A DNA stretch of 64,000 nucleotides from an uncultured delta proteobacterium (lineage in GTDB: Bacteria > Desulfobacterota > Binatia > Binatales > Binataceae), in NCBI GenBank assembly GCA_963842085.1, contig CAWJET010000002.1:160001-224000 (forward strand), read 5' to 3'. Positions within the stretch are counted from its first letter, which is position 1, and each line of letters opens with the position of its first letter. Position numbers and translations under genes: made by a program. Positions 46,378 to 55,920 of the stretch are shown in pieces. A model generated the notes under the pieces. That model ran no database searches. It was not told the origin of the DNA and saw nothing but the letters and a program-made list of their open reading frames with translations.

Positions 46378-47286
46378 ATGTGCGCGGTAAAAATGCATGC
46401 CGACGAGGTCCCTACCGACGCATCGCTCGTCCGCCGGATGCTCGCGGCGCAGTTTCCGCGTTGGGCAGACCTTCCCATCGCGCCAGTCCAGTCCGCCGGA
46501 ACCGACAACGCAATCTATCGGCTCGGCGACGACATGGCCGTGCGAATGCCGCGCATCCACGCGACCGCCGCGCAGGTGGACAAGGAGCATCAGTGGCTGC
46601 CGAGACTTGCCCCGCACCTGCCGCTGGCGATCCCGCTGCCGCTCGCGAAAGGGATGCCCGCCGAGGGTTTCCCTTGGCGCTGGTCCGTCTGCAGGTGGCT
46701 CGCCGGCGAGAACGCTAGCGTCGAGCGCATCGCCGATCTACGCGAGGCGGCGATCGACCTGGCGCGTTTCGTAACCGCCCTTCAGCGGATCGATCCCGCC
46801 GGCGGCCCGCCGCCCGGAAGGCACAACTTTGGCCGCGGCGCGCCGCTGGCGATGCGAGACGCTGCGACGCGGAACGCGATTGCAAGCTTGAGAGGCATGC
46901 TCGATATCGACGCATTGACGACGGCGTGGGACGCGGCCCTCGAAGCACCGCAGTGGGATGGCCGGCCCGTGTGGATTCACGGAGACCTCTTGCCCGGGAA
47001 CCTGCTGGTCGAAGGGGGCCTACTGAGTGGCGTCATCGACTTCGGGGGTCTGGGCGTGGGCGATCCCGCATGCGACGTGATGGCCGCGTGGACGCTTTTC
47101 GCCGGCGAAAGCCGAGACGTGTTCCGCGCAGTGTTATCGGTCGACGACGCGACGTGGGCGCGAGGTCTCGGCTGGGCGCTGTCCTGGGCGCTTATCTTCA
47201 TCCCGTCCTACTTGGACTCCAACCCCGTGGGCGTCAGCACTGCTCGGCAGACAATCGATGAAGTCCTCGCCGATCGCGAAGTCTGA
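46378..47286 (+). CDS. Aminoglycoside phosphotransferase (APH/choline kinase) family protein
   Basis: GTDNAIYRLG, KEHQWLP, WIHGDLLPGN, VIDFG, GDPACD. Confidence 0.9.
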   Translation: MCAVKMHADEVPTDASLVRRMLAAQFPRWADLPIAPVQSAGTDNAIYRLGDDMAVRMPRIHATAAQVDKEHQWLPRLAPHLPLAIPLPLAKGMPAEGFPWRWSVCRWLAGENASVERIADLREAAIDLARFVTALQRIDPAGGPPPGRHNFGRGAPLAMRDAATRNAIASLRGMLDIDALTTAWDAALEAPQWDGRPVWIHGDLLPGNLLVEGGLLSGVIDFGGLGVGDPACDVMAAWTLFAGESRDVFRAVLSVDDATWARGLGWALSWALIFIPSYLDSNPVGVSTARQTIDEVLADREV

Positions 47287-47362
47287 GAGTTGGTTCGCCG
47301 CCTGTTGACGCTCGCGTCGCTATCAACTGGACGCGGCGCCCGCCGCGCGTAATCCTCTTTCC

Positions 47363-49534
47363 GTGGCGCAACCGGTTCAAGCGAATGAGACGCTGGAGGG
47401 AATCCTCGACCAAGTCCTGTTCGTCAATGATAACAACGGCTACTCAGTCGCGGTCGTGGTTGTGCCCCGGGAGCATGGCGACTTTCGCCGCGTCACAGTC
47501 GTTGGCAATCTCGCCGGTCTGGAAGTTGGCTCGACCATTCGCGCTCAAGGCGGCTTCGAGCAGCACCCGCGCTTTGGCGAGCAGTTCCACGTCGTGGACT
47601 TTGAAACGCTGCGGCCGGCCGGGGCGGTTGCGATCGAACGCTACCTTGCTTCGGAAATAAAAGGCATCGGGCCCAGGCTCGCGCGGCGAATCTCCGAGCA
47701 CTTTGGCGAAACGCTCGGCGAAGTGCTCGACAACGCCCCGGAACGCATGCGCGAAGTTCCCGGCATAGGCGCTGCGGTCGCGCGGACCATCGCGGCCGCA
47801 TGGCGCGACGCGTCGGGCCTGCGCGAACTGACGGTATTTCTGCGCGGGCACGGGTTGGCGGCGTCGCACGCGCGGCGCATCCACAAGTTCTACGGCAAGG
47901 ACGCGCTCGAGGTCGTGCGGCGCGATCCATACGTGCTCGCGCGCACGATTCATGGCATCGGATTTCGCACCGCCGACGCGATCGCCGAGAAACTCGGCAT
48001 CCCGCGCAACTCGATCCAGCGTGCTCGCGCCGCGGTGCTGTACATCCTCGAGCGCATGTCCGATGAGGGCCATGTCTACTCGCCGTTCGAGTATCTCGAA
48101 GGCCAGTTCCGCACCGCGCTAGAGATGGAGCCCGATCTGGCCCACGACGCCGTCAACGAACTCGCCGCCAGTGGGGAGGTGATTGCCGAAGAGGCGGACG
48201 ATCACATTGCCATTTATCTCGCACGCCTGCACGAGGCCGAAGTGAACGTCGCCACTCGAATCGCGGAATTGAACGCAGGCCGCGCGATTAACAAGGAGCT
48301 GATCGATCGCGCGGTGGCGGCCGCGGTCAAGTCATCGGAGCTCGAGCTCTCAGCCGAACAAAAGAGCGCCCTTCGATGCGCCCTCGCAAGCCGCGTGACG
48401 GTCATCACCGGCGGTCCCGGCACCGGCAAGACGACCTTGCTGCGCTCGCTGCTGGTGGCGCTCGCCGACGTTGGTTTGAAGCCGACCCTTGCCGCGCCGA
48501 CCGGACGCGCGGCTCGCCGGCTCCAGGATGCTGCGGGCCGCGACGCGAAGACCATTCATCGGCTGCTCGAATACGCGCCCGAGAGTGGCGGGTTTCTCCG
48601 CAACAGGAATTTTCCGTTGCGCACCAACTATCTGATCGTCGATGAAGCCTCGATGATGGACGTCGAGCTGGCGTCCAGCCTGCTCTCCGCGCTGATGCCG
48701 AACTGCTCGCTGTTGCTGGTCGGCGACAAAGATCAACTCCCGTCGGTTGGCCCCGGCAGCGTGCTCAAGGACGTGATCGCGTCCGACTTCGTGCCGGTGG
48801 TGCAACTAAAGGAGGTTTATCGTCAGGCGCGCCGCAGCATGATCGTCGCCAACGCGCATCGTTTGAATCGGGGCGAGTTCCCGCAAATTTCCAACGATGC
48901 CGAAGGCGACTTTTTTTTCTTCGAGCGCAACGCCGCGGAAGACGTACTCGCCACGATCAAGCAGCTCGTTCAGCAGCGGCTGATCGGTCGATTCGGAATT
49001 CACGACCCGCGCGAAATCCAGGTGCTGACGCCGATGAATCGCGGTCCGCTCGGCACGCACCTTCTCAATCGCGAGCTGCAAAGCCTGCTGAATCCGTCGG
49101 GACGCGAAATTCGCGCCGGCGATCGCATCTTTCGGGAGGGCGATCGCGTGATCCAGTTGCTCAACAACTACGACAAGGGCGTGTTCAACGGCTCGATCGG
49201 CAGGATCCTTGCCATCAACACGCAAAAGGCGCGCCTGAGCGTCGCCTTTGAAGAGGCCCACGCCGAATACGACCTCTCGGAGCTCGACGAACTGGCGCTG
49301 GCCTACGCGATCTCGGTGCATAAGAGCCAGGGCAGCCAGTATCCCGCGATCGTGATGCCGATACATTCGAGTCACTACCTGATGCTCCGCCGCAATCTGC
49401 TCTATACGGCGATCACGCGCGCCGAGCGGGTATGCGTGCTGGTCGGCACCAGGAGCGCGTTGCAGCAGGCGGTGCGCAACCAGGACGAGCGTCTTCGCTT
49501 CTCGCGCCTGGCCGCGCGACTGCACGTGAACTGA
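47363..49534 (+). CDS. recD2: ATP-dependent RecD-like (RecD2) helicase
   Basis: HhH motifs GIG, TGGPGTGKTT, APTGRAA, VDEASM, GDKDQLPSVG, AYAISVHKSQGSQ, LYTAITRA. Confidence 0.95.
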   Translation: MAQPVQANETLEGILDQVLFVNDNNGYSVAVVVVPREHGDFRRVTVVGNLAGLEVGSTIRAQGGFEQHPRFGEQFHVVDFETLRPAGAVAIERYLASEIKGIGPRLARRISEHFGETLGEVLDNAPERMREVPGIGAAVARTIAAAWRDASGLRELTVFLRGHGLAASHARRIHKFYGKDALEVVRRDPYVLARTIHGIGFRTADAIAEKLGIPRNSIQRARAAVLYILERMSDEGHVYSPFEYLEGQFRTALEMEPDLAHDAVNELAASGEVIAEEADDHIAIYLARLHEAEVNVATRIAELNAGRAINKELIDRAVAAAVKSSELELSAEQKSALRCALASRVTVITGGPGTGKTTLLRSLLVALADVGLKPTLAAPTGRAARRLQDAAGRDAKTIHRLLEYAPESGGFLRNRNFPLRTNYLIVDEASMMDVELASSLLSALMPNCSLLLVGDKDQLPSVGPGSVLKDVIASDFVPVVQLKEVYRQARRSMIVANAHRLNRGEFPQISNDAEGDFFFFERNAAEDVLATIKQLVQQRLIGRFGIHDPREIQVLTPMNRGPLGTHLLNRELQSLLNPSGREIRAGDRIFREGDRVIQLLNNYDKGVFNGSIGRILAINTQKARLSVAFEEAHAEYDLSELDELALAYAISVHKSQGSQYPAIVMPIHSSHYLMLRRNLLYTAITRAERVCVLVGTRSALQQAVRNQDERLRFSRLAARLHVN

Positions 49535-49538
49535 TCGA

Positions 49539-50180
49539 TCAGTGATGTCCGATTAGATGACTGATTAAGAAAACAAAGAAACCGATGGTCGCGACGGCAA
49601 TAAGCCCCGGAATCAGAGCCGCGGCCAGCGTGCGCCACGCCGAGAATCGATGCACCTCGCCGATGCACTTCAGCCCGACGATGGCGCCCCAGATACCGAG
49701 CACACCCTCGACCACCATGATCTTGTAAAACGCAGGATCGATATGGGGCAACGTCCCCGCCGTCGTTTGCGGTGTCGGCACGCCCAGCAGGACGGCGATC
49801 AGCAAGACGATTGTAGCGGCGATCCCAGGTATCTGCGCCCACGCCATCGCGGCTCGAACTTCGACCCGGCTTGCAACGCCGCCGAGCAGGCCTCCCGACC
49901 ATCTTAAGATGACGGCACCAATGAAGAGTCCGATAACTCCCACAGCCGCTTGAACCGCAACGTCTACCGCAACCCACAGCGGCCACAACACAGAAAGGTT
50001 GGCGGTGTTGCTCATCGCCTTCGACCACTGAGTCGCCAGTGCGTTGATCGCGGGCCCGGCCGCCGCGAGCGCGACTACGTTGCGCGTCGGGTCGGTCTCG
50101 ACGATGCGCCGAATCGTCGCGCGCGGTTCAGTCCATATCGTGAAGAAAGGTGTGATCGAGTCGCCAGCCCCGTTCGCCAT
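49539..50180 (-). CDS. Yip1 family membrane protein
   Basis: PFFTIWTEPRATIRRI N-terminus, 5 TM segments, EVHRFSAW. Confidence 0.8.
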   Translation of the reverse strand: MANGAGDSITPFFTIWTEPRATIRRIVETDPTRNVVALAAAGPAINALATQWSKAMSNTANLSVLWPLWVAVDVAVQAAVGVIGLFIGAVILRWSGGLLGGVASRVEVRAAMAWAQIPGIAATIVLLIAVLLGVPTPQTTAGTLPHIDPAFYKIMVVEGVLGIWGAIVGLKCIGEVHRFSAWRTLAAALIPGLIAVATIGFFVFLISHLIGHH

Positions 50181-50282
50181 CGAAGCCCCCGTCCCGCTGC
50201 GAATTTCGCCACGCTAGCATCTTGGTGCATCACGCAACAGTGCGATTGACTCAATTTCGCGATGCGAACTACCATCGCTCCG

Positions 50283-50591
50283 ATGAAGGAGATCAACTCG
50301 ATCGTTCTGGCCGCGTTGCTCGCGGGATGCGTACAGGCTTACGGATGCGTCTTCGTTCAATCGAGTGCGGTCTCCGATCGCGCTGGCCTGGGCAATCCAA
50401 TCAGCGCGAGCGCCAGCGATCTCGGATACCTGCATCTGATCGCCCCGCAGGGACTCACGCAGACCGCGCTTGCGAACCTGCTGAGCAACTGCGCCACCGG
50501 CAAAGTATCGGGAGTGACGACCGAGCTCACGATGCGCGATTTCATTATCGTGCAGTCGTACAACGTGTCGGTCAGCGGTACCTGCAGCTAA
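50283..50591 (+). CDS. Small lipoprotein (possibly TRL-like)
   Basis: Lipobox LLAGC, C-terminal VSGTCS. Upstream TTGACT-N18-TACCAT promoter-like sequence. Confidence 0.65.
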   Translation: MKEINSIVLAALLAGCVQAYGCVFVQSSAVSDRAGLGNPISASASDLGYLHLIAPQGLTQTALANLLSNCATGKVSGVTTELTMRDFIIVQSYNVSVSGTCS

Positions 50592-50594
50592 GTC

Positions 50595-51095
50595 CTAGCG
50601 AATCTTGACGGCGGGCCGCTCCGCCGGCGGACGGCTGCGCTTGCCACGCACCGGCCGTAGCGCGCGAAGGAAGCTCAGCACGGCCTCGGCTTCAGATCGC
50701 ACTGCGTCGGGATCGTGCCCGGCCTGCTCGAGCTCCTTCTCGACCTCCGCGACTGTCTTCGCCCAGTTGTTTTTGTACTTGCGATTGAGTTCCTTCCACG
50801 CCACTCCCGCCAGCGCGTCGGTCACGTTCGCCGGCGGACGGTAGAATCCGCGCGCGAGCAGCACCGCGATCGCAGGATAGCCGACGTAGCCCTGCCAGTA
50901 AGACGCGTTGTCGTTTGACGCGATCTCGCGCCCGTCCGCCGACGTCTCCACTTCGTAAGTCTTCGACCCGTCCGACGAGGTCACCGTTGCCCGCCGCTCG
51001 TCCTCGATTCGCACACGGCCGTCGCCAATCGCACCCAGCGCTTCGTACACTTTCACGAGCGGCGGCATTTTCCATTGCGTCGCTGGCATAGCCAT
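50595..51095 (-). CDS. Hypothetical protein
   Basis: Genome-like codon usage. Motif-like string KVYEALGAI.DGRV...SSDGSKTY...SNDNASYWQGY.GYP. No function recognised. Confidence 0.75.
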   Translation of the reverse strand: MAMPATQWKMPPLVKVYEALGAIGDGRVRIEDERRATVTSSDGSKTYEVETSADGREIASNDNASYWQGYVGYPAIAVLLARGFYRPPANVTDALAGVAWKELNRKYKNNWAKTVAEVEKELEQAGHDPDAVRSEAEAVLSFLRALRPVRGKRSRPPAERPAVKIR

Positions 51096-51146
51096 CTCTA
51101 TTCGATCATATTCGACATCACGTCAATCAAGCTGGAGATTGCGGCG

Positions 51147-51596
51147 ATGGCTAATCCACCAATCGGCAAACTCGACCATATCGGGATCGCGGTTAAGAGC
51201 GTCGCCGAGGCGCGCAAGTTTTTCGAGGACGTTCTGGGCGCCAGCTTTATGTTTGAGGCCGCCAATGAGGCGGCCGGCTACAAGCTTGCCGCGTTCGATC
51301 TGAGCGGGCTGTCAATCGAGCTGCTGGAGCCGCTCGGCGCGAATTCGTTCCTGCACAAGTTCCTCGAAAAGCGCGGCGAAGGGATGCATCATCTGACGTT
51401 CAACGTCCCCGACTGCAAAGCGAAAACTGCCGAGCTGAAAGAGCAGGGCGTCCGAATCGTCGACGAAACCCAATGGTCGCCCACCAGTTTCGAGTGCTTC
51501 ATCTCGCCGCGCGCCGCGCATGGCGTGTTGATCCAGCTGGGCTCCGGCTATCCAACGCTCAACAGCGATCCTGCCTGGACCAGAAAAAAGAATTAG
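51147..51596 (+). CDS. VOC family, methylmalonyl-CoA epimerase-like
   Basis: LDHIGIAV, IELLEP, KRGEGMHH, HGVLIQL. RBS GGAG. Confidence 0.88.
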   Translation: MANPPIGKLDHIGIAVKSVAEARKFFEDVLGASFMFEAANEAAGYKLAAFDLSGLSIELLEPLGANSFLHKFLEKRGEGMHHLTFNVPDCKAKTAELKEQGVRIVDETQWSPTSFECFISPRAAHGVLIQLGSGYPTLNSDPAWTRKKN

Positions 51597-51613
51597 GCCT
51601 CTCCCACCAAAAA

Positions 51614-51676
51614 GTTCTAACAGGGACGAAGTCCCGCATCTTTTCTTTTTAATGCTGGGTGCAGGGGTCACTCGTG
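51614..51676 (-). repeat. Dispersed ~60-bp intergenic repeat, copy 3 (inverted)
   Basis: Reverse complement GCACGAGTGACCCCTGCACCCAGCATT...GGGACTTCGTCCCTGTTAGAAC. Confidence 0.8.
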
Positions 51677-51688
51677 CCCCAAGGAAGC

Positions 51689-51711
51689 GTGAAACCCACG
51701 GTGGGTTTCAC
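51689..51711. repeat. Perfect 11-bp inverted repeat
   Basis: GTGAAACCCAC-G-GTGGGTTTCAC. Confidence 0.85.
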
Positions 51712-51795
51712 ATTCAATAACGTGACTCACCCGCGCCGCCTTAACATGACCGCGTCTATCTGACACGATTGCTGCACGGACCCGCGACTTCACCG

Positions 51796-53478
51796 ATGAA
51801 AGAACTGATCGTCTCCATCCTTCGTGACGCGATCGAGCGGGCGCGCGCCGCGGGTCAGTTGTCCGCCGAAACTCCGTCGATCGGAATCGAAGCGCCGCGC
51901 GACTCCGCGCACGGCGACATCGCCTCGAACATCGCGCTGACTCTTGCGAAACCGGAGCGCAAACCGCCGCGCGCGATCGCCGAGATTATCAAGTCGCGCG
52001 TCACGTTGCCCGCGGAAGTGAGCGAAGTCTCGGTCGCCGGTCCCGGCTTCATCAATTTCAAGATGTCGCCCGCGTACTGGCAGTCCGAGATGCGCCGCGC
52101 CGCGAGCGCAGGCCGGGCCTTCTGGAAGCCGCGCGCATGGGAGCTACGTCCAGGCGCCAGTGAAGAGAAAAAAGTCCAGGTCGAGTTTCTTTCCGCCAAT
52201 CCCACCGGCCCGCTGACTGTCGGCCACGGGCGCAACGCCGTGCTCGGCGACACAATCGCGCGCCTCTACGAAGCTGCGGGCTTCGACGTCACGCGCGAAT
52301 ACTACTTCAACGACGGCGGCCGCCAGATGAAGCTGCTCGGCGAATCCGTCCGCGTGCGCTACCTGCAGGCGCACGGCATCGACGCGACGATGCCCGAAGA
52401 CGGCTACCAGGGCGAGTACATCATAGACATCGCGCGCGCTCTGAAAGCCGAGCGCGGCGACGCGCTGGTGCCCGTTACCGACCTCGAGATTTTCCGCGCG
52501 GTGGCCGTCAAAGCCATCTTCGCCGACATCAGCCAGACTTGCACGCGACTCGGAATCCGCTTCGGTGTCTTCACCAACGAGCTGGATCTCTTCAACGCGG
52601 GCCTGGTTGACGCTGTCCTCAAGGCTCTGCACGACGCCGGCCTCACCTTCGAGCAGGACGGCGCCGTCTGGCTGCGCGGCGAGCCATTGGGACTTCCCAA
52701 GGACGCCGTGCTGGTGCGCTCTGGCCCCGACCGCCAGCCCACCTATCGCACGCCCGACATCGCCTATCATATCGAGAAGCTCAAGCGCGGCTTCGACTTG
52801 ATCGTGGACGTGTTCGGCGCCGATCATATTGCCGAGCATCAGGAAGTCGTCGCCGCCGTCAAGGCGCTCGGCTACGACACGACTCGCATCCGCGCGATCA
52901 TCTATCAATTCGTGACTCTGACGCGCGGTGGTGAAAAGGTCAAAATGTCCACGCGCAAGGCGACATACGTCACGCTCGACGAGTTGGTTGACGAGGTCGG
53001 CGCCGATGTGGTGCGATTTTTTTTCCTGTTTCGCAAGTCCGACAGCCAGCTCGATTTCGATCTCGAGCTCGCCAAAAAACAGGCGCCCGAAAATCCCGTC
53101 TTCTACGTCCAGTACGCGCACGCACGCCTGGCCAGCATCTTTCGCGAAGGCGCGGCGAAAGACTTGACGCTGCCCGTGGAGACGTCGGCCATCGATCTGA
53201 ATCTGCTCGGCGCCGAGGAATTCGACCTCGCCAAGCGCGCGGTTGGACTCCCCGACGTCATGTCCGCGGCGGCTGAGGCGCTCGAGCCGCATCGGATTCC
53301 CTTCTACCTGCTCGAGCTGGCGGGCGAGTTCCATCGCTACTACAACAAGCCCGCGAATCGTATAATCGGTCCGGATCGCGAGCTCAGTTTGGCGCGGATG
53401 TTCATGGCGCGGATTCTGAAAGATGCGATTGCGGGCGGACTCGAATTGCTCGGGGTAAGCGCTCCAGAGCGGATGTGA
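51796..53478 (+). CDS. argS: Arginine--tRNA ligase
   Basis: AGPGFINF, EFLSANPTGPLTVGHGR, GADH, KMSTRK, YVQYAHAR, APERM. Confidence 0.98.
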   Translation: MKELIVSILRDAIERARAAGQLSAETPSIGIEAPRDSAHGDIASNIALTLAKPERKPPRAIAEIIKSRVTLPAEVSEVSVAGPGFINFKMSPAYWQSEMRRAASAGRAFWKPRAWELRPGASEEKKVQVEFLSANPTGPLTVGHGRNAVLGDTIARLYEAAGFDVTREYYFNDGGRQMKLLGESVRVRYLQAHGIDATMPEDGYQGEYIIDIARALKAERGDALVPVTDLEIFRAVAVKAIFADISQTCTRLGIRFGVFTNELDLFNAGLVDAVLKALHDAGLTFEQDGAVWLRGEPLGLPKDAVLVRSGPDRQPTYRTPDIAYHIEKLKRGFDLIVDVFGADHIAEHQEVVAAVKALGYDTTRIRAIIYQFVTLTRGGEKVKMSTRKATYVTLDELVDEVGADVVRFFFLFRKSDSQLDFDLELAKKQAPENPVFYVQYAHARLASIFREGAAKDLTLPVETSAIDLNLLGAEEFDLAKRAVGLPDVMSAAAEALEPHRIPFYLLELAGEFHRYYNKPANRIIGPDRELSLARMFMARILKDAIAGGLELLGVSAPERM

Positions 53479-53485
53479 GGGTGGG

Positions 53486-54166
53486 ATGCGATTCGAAATC
53501 AGGGCGGGCGGCGGATTTCTAATCTTACTCGGTTTGGTCGGGCTGTCGGGCGCGGTCTTCGCGCTCGGATTGGTCGCGGGCTACGAGATGGCCCGGCAGA
53601 ACCAACCCGACTTGAGTCAAATCTCCTCGACCTACCCGCTGCCGAATCTGCCTGAAAAGCCGGCCCCGGTATCCGAGATGTCGCCTGCGGCCGTCGCGTC
53701 GCCAGCGGTTGCGTCTGCGTCGACGGCGCCTGCCCTCCCGGTCAAATCGCCTGCGCCTGCTATCGGCGAAGCAGAAGCACCGCCGGCTGCGCGCACGTCA
53801 CCCGCCACCGTCGCGCGCCTGAGGCCACCCGCTGAAGCGCCTGCGGTCAATCGTCCCGCGCCTGACGAAGAATCTGACGAGGACACGGAGACCGCTTCGG
53901 CTCCCGCCGCGCCGGCCCACGCCCTTGCTCCCGGCTCGCGGCCCTACAACATCCAGATCGAAGCCGTGATGGACAAAAGCGGGGCGGACGAGATGGTCTC
54001 GCGGCTGAAGACGCTCGGTTACAACGCGCAGGAAGTGAAAGTCGCGCTTAACGGAGAAACCTGGTACCGTGTGCGCGTCGGACCTTACGCCAGCGCCGAA
54101 GAAGCGACCGCCGCGCAGAACAAACTCCGCGAGCAATACCGCCAAGCCTACACGACCTCGCACTGA
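53486..54166 (+). CDS. SPOR domain cell division protein (FtsN/DedD-like)
   Basis: N-terminal TM, Pro/Ala linker, WYRVRVGPY. Lies directly after argS. Confidence 0.88.
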   Translation: MRFEIRAGGGFLILLGLVGLSGAVFALGLVAGYEMARQNQPDLSQISSTYPLPNLPEKPAPVSEMSPAAVASPAVASASTAPALPVKSPAPAIGEAEAPPAARTSPATVARLRPPAEAPAVNRPAPDEESDEDTETASAPAAPAHALAPGSRPYNIQIEAVMDKSGADEMVSRLKTLGYNAQEVKVALNGETWYRVRVGPYASAEEATAAQNKLREQYRQAYTTSH

Positions 54167-54188
54167 GGCAGGGGCCAGCCCTTGCCGG

Positions 54189-54220
54189 TTGACAATTACA
54201 CGCCTCGCATGGATCATTAA
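54189..54220 (+). promoter_or_regulatory. Probable sigma70 promoter of trp operon
   Basis: Perfect TTGACA at 54189-54194. The -10 is weaker (GATCAT/CATTAA). Confidence 0.55.
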
Positions 54221-54227
54221 CCTGAAG

Positions 54228-54308
54228 ATGAATCTCATGAGCCGGAATACTTGCGCGGGATGGTGGGGTTGGCACGTCGATGCACCCGCCTGCGCGCCGG
54301 CTTTGTAA
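54228..54308 (+). CDS. trpL: trp operon leader peptide
   Basis: MNLMSRNTCAGWWGWHVDAPACAPAL* has three Trp codons and lies between the promoter and a terminator upstream of trpE. Confidence 0.85.
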   Translation: MNLMSRNTCAGWWGWHVDAPACAPAL

Positions 54309-54330
54309 TTCATCGCAAAACCGATTTCTT

Positions 54331-54372
54331 AAAAGGGCCGCGGGCGAAAACCCTGCGGCCCTTTTCTTTTTT
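54331..54372 (+). terminator. Attenuator terminator of trp operon
   Basis: AAAAGGGCCGCGGG-CGAAAAC-CCTGCGGCCCTTTT followed by CTTTTTT, 37 nt before trpE. Confidence 0.9.
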
Positions 54373-54409
54373 GGAGCGGCGGTATCGGAAGTAAGAGAGA
54401 GGAAACGAG

Positions 54410-55915
54410 ATGTTACAACCGAGTGAAAACGAATTCGAACAACTGGCGGCGAAGGGATTCAACCTCATCCCCGTCTTCGAGGAGGTCGCCGCCGACCTCG
54501 AGACTCCGGTCGCCGCCTTCCTCAAGGTTGCGCGCGACGACTACGCCTTCCTGCTCGAAAGCGTCCGCGGCGGCGAGAAATGGGGCCGCTACACTTTTCT
54601 CGGCTCCGAGCCTTCCGTCGTGATGCGCGCGCGCAAAAATCGCATGGACATCATCCGCCCCGGCCGCGGCGTCGAGGTCCGCTCGGTCGCCAACTCCTTC
54701 GAAGAGTTGCGCGCCGAGGTCAAGCGCTTCCGCGCCCCCGAGCTGCCCAGCCTGCCGCGCTTCTTCGGCGGCGCGGTCGGATTTCTCGCTTACGACATTG
54801 TGCGATGCTTCGAGAAGATCCCCGAGACCGCCAACGACGACCTCGGCACGCCCGATTTCCACCTGATGTTCACCGACACGGTGCTGTGCTTCGACAACGT
54901 CCGCCAGACGCTCAAGATTATCGCCAACGTGCCGGTCGAGGAGTTCGCCTCGACCAAAATGGCGTATCAAAGTGCGCGCGTTAAGATCGACGAGATAATC
55001 GAGCGCCTGAAACGTCCCGCGGTGCCGCCGTTCCTCGAAGGTGCGAGCAACGTCGCAATCAACGACGCGTCCATCACCTCGAACATGACGCGCGAGGGAT
55101 ACATGGCGATGGTTTCCGCGGCCAAGGAATATATCGCGGCCGGCGACGTTATCCAGGTCGTTCCGTCGCAGCGCTTCGAGGCGCCCCTGACCGCGCATCC
55201 GTTCAACATCTACCGCAGTCTGCGCACGATTAACCCGTCGCCCTATATGTTCTACCTGCGCCTGGGCGATCACACGCTGGTCGGCGCGTCGCCCGAAGTG
55301 ATGGTCCGGGTCGAGGGTCGCGAGATCACGCTGCGGCCAATCGCGGGAACTCGCCGCCGCGGCGTGACCGAAGCAGAGGACCGCGAACTCGAAGCCGAGT
55401 TGCTCGCCGATCCCAAGGAACGCGCCGAGCATGTGATGCTGGTCGATCTCGGGCGCAACGACGTCGGCCGCGTCTCCGAAATCGGCTCGGTGAAAGTGAC
55501 GGAGTTGATGGTAGTGGAGCGCTATTCGCACGTGATGCACATAGTCTCGAACGTCACTGGCGTGCTGCGCGAAGGATGCGACGCGTTCGACGCGTTCGCG
55601 GCGACTTTTCCGCAGGGCACAGTCTCGGGTGCGCCGAAAATCCGCGCGATGGAAATTATCGACGAGCTCGAGTCGGTGCGTCGCGGCGTCTACGCCGGCG
55701 CGGTCGGCTATTTCAGCTACACCGGCAACACCGACACCGCGATCGCGCTGCGCACGCTGCTGATCAAGAAGGACCGCGTGTACATCCAGGCGGGCGGCGG
55801 CGTCGTCGCCGACTCGGACCCTGGCGGCGAGTTCGAGGAATCGGTCAACAAGGCTCGCGCGATGGTGCGGGCGCTTCAGGCCGCGCGCGATTTTGAAACC
55901 GCGGCCAGGAGGTAA
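54410..55915 (+). CDS. trpE: Anthranilate synthase component I
   Basis: [46 protein letters not shown]. Confidence 0.97.
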   Translation: MLQPSENEFEQLAAKGFNLIPVFEEVAADLETPVAAFLKVARDDYAFLLESVRGGEKWGRYTFLGSEPSVVMRARKNRMDIIRPGRGVEVRSVANSFEELRAEVKRFRAPELPSLPRFFGGAVGFLAYDIVRCFEKIPETANDDLGTPDFHLMFTDTVLCFDNVRQTLKIIANVPVEEFASTKMAYQSARVKIDEIIERLKRPAVPPFLEGASNVAINDASITSNMTREGYMAMVSAAKEYIAAGDVIQVVPSQRFEAPLTAHPFNIYRSLRTINPSPYMFYLRLGDHTLVGASPEVMVRVEGREITLRPIAGTRRRGVTEAEDRELEAELLADPKERAEHVMLVDLGRNDVGRVSEIGSVKVTELMVVERYSHVMHIVSNVTGVLREGCDAFDAFAATFPQGTVSGAPKIRAMEIIDELESVRRGVYAGAVGYFSYTGNTDTAIALRTLLIKKDRVYIQAGGGVVADSDPGGEFEESVNKARAMVRALQAARDFETAARR

Positions 55916-55920
55916 GTCGC

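Noticed and set aside
46378-47286. Bona fide antibiotic resistance determinant
   Set aside because: It belongs to the broad APH/choline-kinase-like family. The substrate cannot be inferred from sequence.
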